The notes beneath the pieces are model-generated. The model was given only the letters and a program-made list of their open reading frames with translations. It was not told the DNA's origin and ran no database searches. The position numbers and the translations under genes were made by a program. From Okamejei kenojei (lineage: Eukaryota): a stretch of 64,000 nt of DNA. Location: contig CM069162.1 of the NCBI GenBank assembly GCA_035221665.1, positions 24,862,001 through 24,926,000 of the forward strand, in the 5' to 3' direction. This document shows, one piece after another, positions 52,450 to 64,000 of the stretch (within the stretch, counting starts at the first letter, position 1; each line of letters opens with the position of its first letter).

Positions 52450-53500
52450 TGACTCTTTAATTCGACCAATTATCTTAAATCTGTGATCCTTAGCTATTGG
52501 CTTCTCTGATAATTAGAAAAAAATTGGCACGCTTTTAATTTTACAATTTTTTACACTTTGATCAGATCTGTCCTCAACCTCCCTTCTTTCAAATAAAAAG
52601 CACAAACTCAGCTACTCTTCCCTCATAACTAAAGTTCCCCAGCCATAACAAGATCCACTTTGGCATGCTAATGTCTTCTCTTCAACAGACAATCGAGTAT
52701 CCCAAGCAAGGCATGTTTGGGCAACTTCTCATTTCAGCTTCCAGTATTGACAAGCCCAAATTCAGTTTTTTCTGCCTTAAGTATTTATTCAATTCACATC
52801 TGAAAGTTGCAGCTGAATGTATTTCCATCACCGTTCTTCCTAGATTGTGCTTTCTAGATTGTGATAAGGTGCTCATCTCCAGTTTTGGTACGTGCCAATT
52901 ACCAAAAATCTGTTGCACGGTTTCTGACCAGTTTTATCACATCTACTCTATCAAAAAACTGTAATCAATTTGAATATTCCACTTAATTTTAGCCATTGAT
53001 CTTCTGTGCTCTAAATGTGAGAGTGTGAAGGAAACAATTCTGGTTTTTCTAGTTTCTTCGTATTACTGAGGTTGTTTATATCTAGCCCCATTGGGAAAAA
53101 CCTCCAAGGTTTTCACATCCTTTCCAAAGTGTTGTGCATAAAATTAATCTATTCTCCAGAGTGGCATATCTTCCTTACTAATATCAATAAACTAAAAGAG
53201 CCTGTGAGAAATTTAAGAGCCTTATCATCACATCCTGCCATATTCAACAATTCATATATACAAATGCACAGATCTCCATCCCTTTTGAATCACTTTAATA
53301 ATTGTATTGAGATTCCCCTCCTCATTCTTCCTTCAAAACTGCCTTACTTCACTGCATTAAATTTCACCTGCCTTGTGCCAATTCACCGGTTTTCAAATTG
53401 TCCCCCAAGTTCAATACGTCCTCACTACATCCATCTCCGTATAATCTTTTTTTTATATAGGCAACTTCCTTCCCTGGCAACTCTGTATTGTGTGCTGTCA
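52450..53500 (-). mobile_element. Decayed CR1 fragments
   Basis: tcagatctgtcctcaacctccc; acttcactgcattaaatttcacctgcc patterns. Confidence 0.55.
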
Positions 53501-55089
53501 ATCTCTCACAATGAAAACTCTGCATTATTTATTTCTGTGTTAAACTGTAACATTTTCCAGTAATGCATGAAAGATTAATGAGAGTTTCCAGCTGTCATTC
53601 AGTGCAAGATCAAATCTACCATAGTTGTAGGGGGCAACTAAAGAGATTGCACTCCAGCCAAGCATAACTAGGAAATGAGATTCTTTTCACTGGGCTGTCA
53701 ATCATATTTTGATCGGATCTACACTTCCCAAAACCTGTTGAATTATTCATTGTCACTACATAGCAGGTAGCAACAATAAAATCTGCAATCACTACCTGAT
53801 TGCATTTTAATGAAACAATTTTGGGAGTAAACATTATGAGAAGGCCAATGGGCCCTATCAGTGATGTATGTTCCACATTAGTTTATTTAACCCCCCATTT
53901 ATTGATATTCCAGTACATTCTCAGAATGTAGCCAAAATCCTGCTGAGAAAATTTCTTATTTCTTGCTGATCAATAAAAACACAACTGATTAGCACTTAAA
54001 ATCTTCTTCATATGTCATGTAATGCTGCACATAGTGGAAAGACTGGCATGGGCTTTACCACGTCTCTCAGTGATATTGCAGAGTCCTTTCAGATACAATG
54101 ACTAACCATGGCTAGATGTTTGTCGCACATGAATATAATAACATATTCTATTTGCAAAAACTCCCAAACAGGAATGTCATCATTTAGCAATTAAATAGTT
54201 TTGGCATTCTTGGTTGATTAACTCAAACATAGACCTACTCTGTTACTACATTCAGTCCTTAGATTAATCCATTAATTATACTAAATTTGATTAGCTATAG
54301 CTCATATAACAAAGATGATTATGTTCAAATATTGACAGTTACTACCATTATATTCTCCCAACACTATTACGGCAACAAGCATTAACTATGACATAGGTAA
54401 TACCAGATCTAAAGCTCATTTCCTTACTCCCAGCCTCTGTTTCTTTCACTTTTCTCAGAACTTGCAAATTTGTGTCATATCGTTTACCACGAAGGATGCC
54501 ATATTTGCTAAAGTCACCCAACTTGCACCTCCTTCTTATCCAATCCTGCCTCTAGACAACACACATGAGCTTCCCTTATTCATATCTTTATTATTTCTGA
54601 GTTTGATGGTTCCAATGTAATCCAGGACTTTTATTTTCAACAGTCTAGAAATTTGAAGTCATCCAAATCTTTTGCGGCCTGCGTCCTAACTCTCACCACC
54701 CACTTCATTCATCATTACTGTGGTATTCAATCACAACTAAAACTGAGGAATCAGTTATCTGGGATTAACATTTGATCGTGGTTTTCAAAATCTCCTTCCA
54801 CTTCCTTATCGCTAATCTCTGCCTGTCATGCAAATCAATAACGTATCCAAGTTCTCCCAATTCTCTCCCCATAAGACAATTTTAAACACTGTTCCTTGCA
54901 TTTATAAATAAACACAAAATCCTTATGATTTTAAAAGCTTTGTCAACTTGACCTGTTACCTCCTTTAAAATTATGTCATGCAATTAAATCACTGACAGCA
55001 GAAATTACAATTTAATATTAAGTTTAAGAGTAAATGTTATTCCAAAACATTCAGTTAACCATAAATGACCATACAGCGGTGATGTTGGT

Positions 55090-55745
55090 GACCAAATAGG
55101 CTGAAGTTGGCAACACAAATAGATAGTGGTAAAGAAGGCATATGGTATGCTTGCTTTCATAGATCGGGGCATTGAGTATAAATGTCAGGAAATCATGATG
55201 CAGCTGAATAGGACTATGGTTAGGCCGCATTTAGGAGCATTTTGTGCAGTTCTGGCCATCCCATTACAGAAAGGATGTGGAAGCTCTGGAAAGGGTGCAG
55301 ATGAGGTTTACCAGAATGATGGCTGGTTTATTAGCTACAGGGAGAGGTTGGACAGACTTAGATTGTTATCTCTGGAATGCCAGAAGTTGCAGGGAGGCCT
55401 GATGGAAGTATATAAAATCATAAGAGGTATAGATAGGGTAGACAGTCATAAACATTTTCCCAGGTTGGATGAATCAAATACTAGAGGGCATATTTTTAAG
55501 ATGAGATGGGCAACGTTTAAAGGAGATGGGTGTGGCAATTTTTTTTTTCCAGGTAAGTGCCTGGAATGTGCTGGGTGGGCTGATGGTTGACACAGATATG
55601 ATAGTGGCATTTAAGAGACTTCTGGATAGGCATATGGCTAGGCTGGGATTGGAAGGATGTGGATCATGTGCAGGTAGTTAAGAGATGGTCTTAGCATCAT
55701 GTTTAGCACATGGGGGCTGTTCTTGCACGGTACTGATCTATGTAT
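55090..55745 (+). mobile_element. CR1 3' fragment
   Basis: ORF 55126..55590 VVKKAYGMLAFIDRGIEYK...RERLDRL...EVYKIIRGIDRVD. Confidence 0.9.
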
Positions 55746-56416
55746 TTAATGTTTTAAAAAAGAACTGCTAGTCACAATGTGTTTCAAAGGAGCTTCATCA
55801 AACAAAGATTAAATCAAACCATAATGAAAATAGTGGGGCAGTTAGTTAAAAGCCTGGTAAAAAGTCTGGTTTGAAAGAGGGTTTTAATGGTGACCAAAGA
55901 GGTTTCCTGGGTAATTCCAGATCTCAGTCTTCCCCCTTTAGCTATGTAATTGTCGTCCGCTATTAAGGACTAATTCATTCTTAATCTTAACATTAGATTT
56001 TAAATGGTAGTATTAGGGTTTATGTAATCTTTGAATGCAATGTAATTTTCGTATTTATTCCTTTATTATGTACACACAAAACATATTTCTGGATACATTC
56101 CTGGAACCGCTAGTTCAAATGGTATAACATCCTTGCTCCTTGACTACCCTTGTATTAGTAGAGTCATAGAGTGATACAGCGTGGAAACAGGCCCTTCGAC
56201 CTAATTTGCCCACACCGGCCAACATGCCCCAGCTACACTAGTCCAAATTACCCGCGTTTGGTCCTTATCCTTCCAAACCTGTCCTACCCATGTACCTGTC
56301 TAACTGTTTCTTAAAGGTTGGGATAGTCCCTGCCTCAACTACCACCTCTGGCAGCTTGTTCTATATCCCCACGACCCATTCTGTGAAAAAGGTACCCCCC
56401 AGATTTCTATTAAATA

Positions 56417-57706
56417 CTAGACTAAGTGGGACCCGTTGGGTGCCAGCATCACATGGAGGGGGCTGGTCCCCCAATGCAATATTCCACCTCTCCAACATTT
56501 CCAATATTGGTGGCCAGTGGGGGGAGGGGAGGGGGCTTTCTGGAGCGCTAGTATGGGTGTTGTACGCTGAAGGGACTGGTTTCCAGAGGGCTAGTATGGA
56601 CATTGTGGGCCGAATGGATTCTTGGGCTGGCAGCTCACTCACTCACGGCTGGTGGGCTGGCAGTTGACTCATGGCTATTCCTTGAAATTCCATTTCAAGC
56701 AGGGTGCATGGGCACCAAATTCAAGTGCAGTTTCATACCATTTCAAGCAGGGTGCAAGGCCACTAAAGACAGCGCGTCATGATCTCTCCCTCCCCCATCT
56801 TGCAGAGACTGAGCCACGCCCACACTTCCGGGTTTTATAGTCCCTCTCCCCCTCCCACAAGAAAGGGCATGGCCTTCAGGGCATGATTGACAGGAGAGAG
56901 AATCTCAACATTTTTTAAACTAATAACTCTTTTATTTTTCATCGATGGGAAAAGTCCTTGGCACCCGATGAGCGGAGGCGGACTCTGGGTAAGATGGCCA
57001 AAAATCACAGCCGTACATAGTAGCGTTTTTACTAAAATTAATATAAAGCACAAACAAGACGTGGTAAAGATTAGACATTTAATTATATAGAAGGCAAGGC
57101 AGCTCGCTTTAGCACTTTCAAAACCAAAGGCAAGGCAGCTCGCTTTAGCACTTTCAAAACCAAAGGCAACACAGCTTGCTTTAGCATTTTCAAAACCAAA
57201 GGCAACACTGCTTGCTTTAGCGCTTTCAAAACCAAAGGCAACACAGCTTGCGTTAGCACTTTCAAAACCAAAGGCAACACAACTTTCAAACCAAAATACA
57301 CTTTTGCATTTTCAAACTTCATTTTCAAACCACATTAAGGGCACTGACAGGTCAGTAAAACCACTCACAGTTTAGTAGACATTTGTTCAGTGTTATTCAC
57401 AGCTCAGACTGAGAATTGCGACCTCTCGCTCCCCCATCTTGCAGAGAACTGAGGCATCTCCAAACCTCTGGGTTTTATAGTCCCTCCGAAAGGGGCATGG
57501 CCTTTAGGAGAGAGAATCTAAACAGTTTTTAAACACTAATAACTCTTTTATTTTTCATCGATGGGAAAAATCCTCTTGTCCTGTGCAGCGAAGGGAGACT
57601 CTGAGTCAGATGGCCAAAAATCACAGCCGTAAGTGGCAGCGTTTTTTCTAAAATCAATATATAGAACAACAGGAAGTGGTCAAGATCAGACATTTAGTAA
57701 TATAGA
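56417..57706 (-). mobile_element. Non-autonomous Helitron, composite
   Basis: Minus strand 5'-TC (TCTATATTACTAAA), 3'-CTAG preceded by the hairpin GGCACCCAACGGGTCCC; inserted between A and T with no TSD. Confidence 0.85.
57091..57296. repeat. 36-bp minisatellite, about 5-6 units, inside the Helitron
   Basis: Unit aaaggcaaggcagctcgctttagcactttcaaaacc. Confidence 0.92.
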
Positions 57707-58948
57707 TTTTCCTCTTCACCTTAAATCTAAATAAAGATAAACAGGAAGAAAATTAGACTTTATCCATCACAATGAGGAACGTGGGGCGCTGTGGTGGATG
57801 TTTATGTTAACTTTTATGTAGTTGTGTGTCTTATTGCTTTTCTTGTTTAGTATGTATGTATGGCAATTGCTGTATGGCAATTCGAATTTCAATGTACCTT
57901 AATTGGTACATGTGACAATAAACTGACATTGAAACCTTGTCCTCATGTCCTTGATTCGCCTACTCTGGGCAAGAGACTCTGTTCATCTATCTGATCTATT
58001 CCTCGCATGATTTTATAATCTCTACAAGATCACCCCTCATCCTCCTGCGCTCCAAGGAATTGTGTCCCAGACTACTCAACCTCTCCATATAGCTCAGACT
58101 CTCTAGTATTACCAATATTTTGTGTAATGTCCTCTTCCGCGCATGCCCACCCGCGCTGCAGTGTAAATAAATCAACTAACAGACTTACATGACATATAAA
58201 ATATAATGTACTCCCCAAAATGTTAAGTATTTTAAAAGTTGCATTGGCTGCATGAGGAGTTAATGAGGCTGGAGTTGAGTAGGTGTTGGAGGCGAGGAGG
58301 ATTCTTCTTACCATATAACACAAGGTTCTAACACTTGAAGGTAAGGGGGGACAAGACTAGCATCAAATTAGTAAGATTAAACGAGAACTCACCTGTTCGA
58401 AGTTTGATCGTTATTTTACGAGGAGTTACGATGAGGGATTACGTGAAGAAGAGCCCGCCTCACGCTGGTAACGGCATACTTCAAAGCAACGGCATGAAAA
58501 ACACAGAACACCAAAGCCGGAGTAACATAGTAAGGCTCATAAAAAGACTTAGAACCACCATTTGATCATTTATTTTACGAGGGTGGGAGTGGAGGGCACG
58601 TAATCCCTCATCGTAACTCCTCGTAAAATAACGATCAAACTTCGAACAGGTGAGTTCTCGTTTAATCTTACTATTTTACTTCGGAGTCACGTGAGTGACT
58701 ACGTGAAGAGTTTTAAAGCTTTCTGTGTTTTTTATGTCGTAGAATTAATCCGTACGACAGTCCGGCTAAGTAAACACATACATGAGAAAGCACACAAATG
58801 TTAGATCTTTTCATAATTAAGTTTTTTAAATGGCTGAAAAACCATATAATACCCTCCTTATATTTGAGGGAAAAATGATTACAAGTGACAAAAGATATCA
58901 GTGACTACACAACTGATTATAGCAATTAATAGCAAACAAAGCAGGTGA

Positions 58949-59880
58949 TTATAGTGCTCCCAACACCGCGTGTCCAAAGCTTGTCATAGTGTGAACAGGT
59001 TTGTTGTAGAACTTTGAAAAAGTTTCTTCTTTACTCCACCCTGCGATTTTTAAAAATATGCTCGAGAGGTACGTCCCGCCCCTTCGCCGCGGACGTAGCT
59101 GCCGCCCTGGTGGAGTGAGATTTGAAGACATCAGTGTCTACTCCCGCTAAAACCAACACCTGTTTCAACCATTTTGAGATAGTTTGAACTGAAGCTTTTG
59201 TGTGTGGCTTTTTGTGCGTAAGCAGCAATGTCTTTTCGTTTCCTCGAAAAGTGTCCGTCACTTTAATACATTGGTTCAAATGTCTAACCACACACAAAGC
59301 AAGCTCAATATGAAAAGCTTGAAAGGTTACCTTTGTTCCAGATCTCCCTGGTCTACTTTGTTTGATCAGATCGTAAACATAGAATACAACGTTATCTGTA
59401 GTCACATGCATACAGTCTAAACGCAACATTTGTAAAGTTTGCACTCTTTGGGCTGAGACCAGTGACATTAACATGACCAATTTCAATGTTAACCTATCCA
59501 ATGACAACCCTTCAATTGGCGTCCATTCTCTAAGTAGAGCAAGTACTATGCTCACATCCAAATCTCTGTATATCTAGGTTTTGGCGGATTCATGTGAAAA
59601 ATTCCTTTCATGAATCGTGATATTAATGGATGCGACCCAATTGATTTCTCACCAGTCATAAGTCCTAAATAGGACGACAAGGCACTGCGTGCAGTGTTAA
59701 TGGCACTGTAACTTAAATGTTGGCCAAAGCGCAAATTGGCAAGGAATTCCAAAACATGAGTAACATTCACATAATCATCAGAAATATTTTGACTGTGTGC
59801 AAAATTCTTCCCATTTCTTAATATGTGTCATATATTGTTTCTGTGTGCTATCTCGCCATGATGCGCCAATAACTGTCAAG
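58949..59880 (-). pseudogene. DIRS tyrosine recombinase (frameshifted)
   Basis: ORFs 59552..59770, 59031..59561, 58949..59131: LSYSAINTARSALS; SAQR; LIKQSRPG; HSTRAAATS; AGWS..TFSKFY. Confidence 0.9.
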
Positions 59881-59916
59881 TTTGGTCCGACAATCCCAGT
59901 TCCTGTAGTGGTCTGG

Positions 59917-61580
59917 TCAAAACCTGCAGATTAACAAATTCATATATGCATATAATGGGTAATCTTTATTTGTTACTGGATTAGTCAAGATATCACTACA
60001 GTTAAGAATCTGCATATACGGTTCTTTAATCATATTCAGCATAACTGGGAACCAAGGTTGAGTTGGCCAATTTGGCACTACCAACAATCCGGAAGCTGAA
60101 TCTTGCTCTATTTTCTTCAAGCATCTCTGGATCAGAGCAAATGGTGGAAAAGCATAAAAGAACATTTTTCCCCAGTGTAATAAAAAATGCATCTACTGCA
60201 ACTGCGTCCGGGTCGTGTTCCCAAGACACATAATGATGCAAGTGATGATTAAGCCTGGATGCAAACAAATCAATTTCTGGCAACCCAAATCGTCGAACAA
60301 TATTCTTAAATATTGCTGGCTTAAATATCCATTCCGTATTATCTTTAAAAATCCTGGACCTTTCATCTGCTACCACATTGTCTTTACCTGGAGTATAGCT
60401 TACTGCAATCCATATCTGCCGACCAATACACCATTGCCATATCTCATTGACCAGACAATCACATGATACTGATCCAACTCTCCCCATGTGATTAATGTAA
60501 ACCACAGCTGTTTTATTGTGTAATTGTATTAACACATGCAGACCTTGTTTAGCACAACAATATGCTTTAAGCCCATAAAAGGCCCCCAATAACTCCAAAT
60601 AGTTAATACCATACTCTTGGAGAAACACTTGTTCTTCAGTTTTCCATCTACCTCCACAACTGGAGGATAAATCTGTGGCCCCCCATCCGAGAGCACTAGC
60701 ATCTGTATGTAAAACCATTTCAGGCTGTTTGATCATAATATTTATTAGCAGCTTGTGGGACATTTTCCTTTTTTAACCCACCATTGTAAATTCCAATACA
60801 GCTTCTTTTGTTAATTACATAGGCCTGTCAAATGGCCTGCCTTCTCTTTGAGAGCTTGTATCTTGTACCTTCGAAGATATCAATAAATGTAATGAACCAA
60901 ATTCTACTGCAGGAAATGCTGCTAGCAGTTCACCAATGGTTGTCACCATTTCTCGGATGGAAGGATAAGGTTTTGAATGAGATAATGACAAGTTACCAAA
61001 ATATCATCGACTTTAACTGTTGGTAAAGGTATTAACATAGTCACTGAGTTAATTACAAACCCCAAAAGTAAATTGTTTGTGCTGGCTGCAGCTGGGGCTT
61101 AATTAGATGAATTAAGAACCTTAGCTTACCACAAAGCTTTAGTAACTGAAACTGAGTCCTCAGCTGACTCCTGATAATCACTAATGACCAGAATGTCATT
61201 GAGATAAGCCATAATGATGTGCATTTTGTGCTCTAATTGGGCTAAACTGGTTTCAACAGTTTCGTAAAGAGTAAAAAGCTGAACTCAGTCCATTTGGCAA
61301 AGCTTAACTGCCATAATTGTCACAACCAATTAAAATTTAAGTACTACCGAAACCTGATGCATAGGTACAGAATAATAAGCGTCTTTTCATCAATCTTAGC
61401 CATATAACAACCTGCTGAATTAAATATTTTGCAGTATTCAATGACTCCATTTGAACATGTTTGTATTCTACAAACTTATTTAGACCTGTAAGGTCCAGAA
61501 TACTTCTGCAACCATCATCTGTAATGCCTTCTAACATTAAAGACAAATTTATGCTTGTGTTCAAAATCTTTTCCATTACC
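59917..61580 (-). pseudogene. DIRS pol: RT, RNase H and adenine-methyltransferase-like domains (frameshifted)
   Basis: CRSILDLTGLNKFV; IMAYLNDILVI (YLDD position); HTDASALGWG...INYLELL; IDLFASRLN...DAF; YAFPPF...VVPNWPTQPWFP. Confidence 0.9.
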
Positions 61581-61749
61581 TCTTTTCCAGATAATTAGGC
61601 AATGTGAACATAAATCTCTGCTTTTTCAATTGCAGAAAACACGAAACATAAGCAGGTTTATTCTGTACAGGAGGATTAACCTCTTTTTTTTTTTTTTAAA
61701 AATAATAGTAGTTAATGAAACTGCTCGTAATATACTGATCAAAAATAAT

Positions 61750-63100
61750 AGTAAGCCAGTCTTAATAAACTTTTTGTAATCTCCCTCTAACTGGAGATTA
61801 ATCCGCAGTTTCTTTAAGCAGGGAACAAGTCTTTAATTCCTCTGCATATGAGCGTGGTGGTCTCCTTATCCCCTGAATTCGGGTAAGTATTTGGTTGTGC
61901 AATACAATAAACTTCCTTGACATATTTCTGCCTCTTATTTGCAATATCAAATCCCCTTCTGGGCGAAAATACCTTTTTCGTCCAAAGACGAAGGTTTCAT
62001 GCAGCTAAAATATTTAGCTTTTCATCCAATTTCAATAAATTAGGCAGATTATTCCAAACAGATAACCAAGAGCTTAAACACCACTTGCTCGACACAGGTA
62101 TGCAACCTTGGGTGAAAAATGGGCCAAATAGCCATTTATATTATATAAAATTTCATAGAAAGAATTGCACAATAGCGTCTTTATTTTATGTTTTCCTTTC
62201 ATCTGCCCAAAAGCCATAATAGCAGCAGAATAATTTGTGAGGATTTTTAAACCTCACTATTTGACGCTCTCATATTTGGAGTCATGGATGCCCATATTAA
62301 CGGATAAACCGTAGGCTCTTCCAATGAGGCACAATTTCCTGTGCTGTGCAATTTTAATATTTCAATCATTACAAAATCATGAAGTTGGTGAGATACCATA
62401 TATATATGTTGGCAGCTAGGATTTCTTCCATAGCCTCACCACTTCCTTCATATATAGCAAAACCTTTTGCTATTCCAGGCATCTTTGGCCTCTTTTCATA
62501 TTTTTTCATTTTATTTTTATTTTTATTTTGTGGTGTGCTTTCAAAATGCAAATCACCATCAACAGGGTCTGCCTTCTGCAGCCCTAAATCAATTGGGATT
62601 TCATCCCATGAGACTTCTTCCGGCCCAAATCCTGGGTCCGGAGTTCCAACTTCCAATTAGGCCCATGGCCATATTCAGAATAATTAAACCCCTCAGGGCT
62701 AATTTTAGGAACCTTCAGGGTACTTTGACCCTAGTCTCATAATTATTTGGAGAACTTTCTCCATATGCTCCATAATCAGTTCCACATAGTTTACTTATCT
62801 GGAGGACTTTTCAATGTCAGAGTCATCAGAACCACGGGCCTCTCAGATTTTTTATTTTATTCCATTTTTCATATTCGGGAGCATTTCTCTCCGTGGTTAT
62901 CATTTTGTAAACTAATTCGCTAACGGGTATATCTGCGGCCACCGGTATCGGAACCGGCTCCGCACTAGCTTTCCCGTATATTTATTTTTCACCCCAGGAA
63001 GCATTTAACCCGCGAATATAAGTTTACTTCATCATCTGTGCTTATCCAGCACTAATATGACTCTGACCTGATTTAATATATTTCCTATACTGCTGGACCT
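61750..63100 (-). pseudogene. DIRS gag-like ORF1, heavily disrupted
   Basis: GNCASLEEPTVYPLIWASM at about 62285..62342 resembles the NC..L..P.VN..IW motif; position fits ORF1. Confidence 0.55.
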
Positions 63101-63870
63101 ACCCAGCGCCCGCTAAGAAATCCCAACTTTACTGTTCTTACCTGCGGGCCGTTCCGACCGCTGCGAGGAGCTGCTCCCTTACTGCAGCTCCACCTTCTGC
63201 CGTCAGCGTCGACGTCATGCCGTTACCAGCGTGAGGCGGGCTCTTCTTCACGTAGTCACTCACGTGACTCCGAAGTAAAATTAGTGTTACAGAATGCATG
63301 ACATTTATGAATCACTAGAAATGAGTACATAAAAACTCCTTTACAAATAAGCCAACTTTGTATCTATTGTTAAGTTTGTGCTTATGCATTGTGGACTTTA
63401 TGCATCTCTGAACTTTAATTGATATTCTAACATTAAAAAAATGGATGAGATCCTTTTCTATTTTGAAGTTTGTCAATTAATCTTTAGATTGCTCCTTTTA
63501 CAGGATCTATGACTTTTTTTTAAAATTGAGTTTCTGAAATGCACACATGGATTAAATAAAGACTTGTAGTTAAGTACCAGGTTTACTATCTCAGGTATTA
63601 ATTATCCACCGTAGTTTACAGATGTACATACTATACCACTCAGGGAATGCGGCATCCACAGCCCTAGAATATTCATCCTGGGAATCACTTTAAAGCCACC
63701 TGAGCAACTGTCTCTACTGATTGAATAGGTCGTATCACATCGCTGAAGAATTTGCCATTTGTTGAATTACGCTTGTCTACCGGTTCCTCATAGAAAAGTT
63801 TGTGTATAAAATATTCATGACCATAAATCAATAAAGCAATTGTCTGCACAGAATATTCAATAAAGGAAAG

Positions 63871-63968
63871 GTCTGAAAAACGGACTCGACCCGAAACGTC
63901 ACGCACTCCTTCTCTCCAGAGATGCTGCCTGTCCCGCTGAGTTACTCCAGCTTTTTGTGTCTATCTAC
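63871..63968 (+). mobile_element. Penelope-type terminal fragment
   Basis: gtctgaaaaacggactcgacccgaaacgtc...agatgctgcctgtcccgctgagttactccagc. Confidence 0.7.
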
Positions 63969-64000
63969 AGGACTGGAGATATTGGATTCTGTTTGATGGT

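Larger units (their letters stand above)
56160..58125 (-). mobile_element. CR1 3' fragment split by a Helitron (56417..57706) and a further retroposon fragment (about 57750..57935)
   Basis: Tail agagtcatagagtgatacagcgtggaaacaggccc; sequence ...ctattaaata|ttttcctcttcacc resumes after the Helitron. Confidence 0.85.
58365..63285 (-). mobile_element. Full-length DIRS1-type tyrosine-recombinase retrotransposon (about 4.9 kb)
   Basis: ITR 58440..58477 / 63217..63254; ICR 58597..58709 complementary to both termini; gag-like, RT, RNase H, methyltransferase and YR remnants. Confidence 0.93.

Noticed and set aside
57083-57328. Repetitive ORF (AVLPLVLKVLKQ)n and a possible CRISPR-like array
   Set aside because: Translation of a 36-bp minisatellite with no unique spacers, in a eukaryotic context.
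63871-63900. Hammerhead ribozyme core in a Penelope-type terminus (CTGAAAA...GAAAC)
   Set aside because: The core deviates from CUGANGA and the upstream stem partners are missing; at best a dead remnant. The other Penelope fragments are more decayed.
41075-64000. Canonical beta-2 N-terminal exons (MYPESTTGSP..., TRYGSPKRQLQFYR)
   Set aside because: Not found by eye; they may lie beyond the window.

Overview
Vertebrate genomic DNA, almost certainly from a cartilaginous fish (skate/ray-like), judged from HE1/V-SINE, Deu-domain SacSINE1-like and CR1/HER1-type repeats. The window holds a complete minus-strand KCNAB2 (Kv beta-2) coding path of 14 exons plus a 45-nt cassette exon (51291 to 3940; 398 aa, or 413 aa with the cassette). 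It starts with a Kv beta-1.1-like N-terminal 'inactivation ball' exon. The rest is intron or flank full of mobile elements: Rex1, CR1, RTE and L1-like LINE fragments, SINEs, a solo LTR, a composite non-autonomous Helitron, a Crypton-like hairpin element and a full-length DIRS1-type tyrosine-recombinase retrotransposon with perfectly matching ITR/ICR termini. The most notable finding is a ~125-140-bp TSD-flanked retroposon (two copies). Its 5' end folds as a minimal, CPEB3-like HDV-type self-cleaving ribozyme, and one copy lies sense within a KCNAB2 intron. All calls are by eye; repeat boundaries are approximate unless stated.
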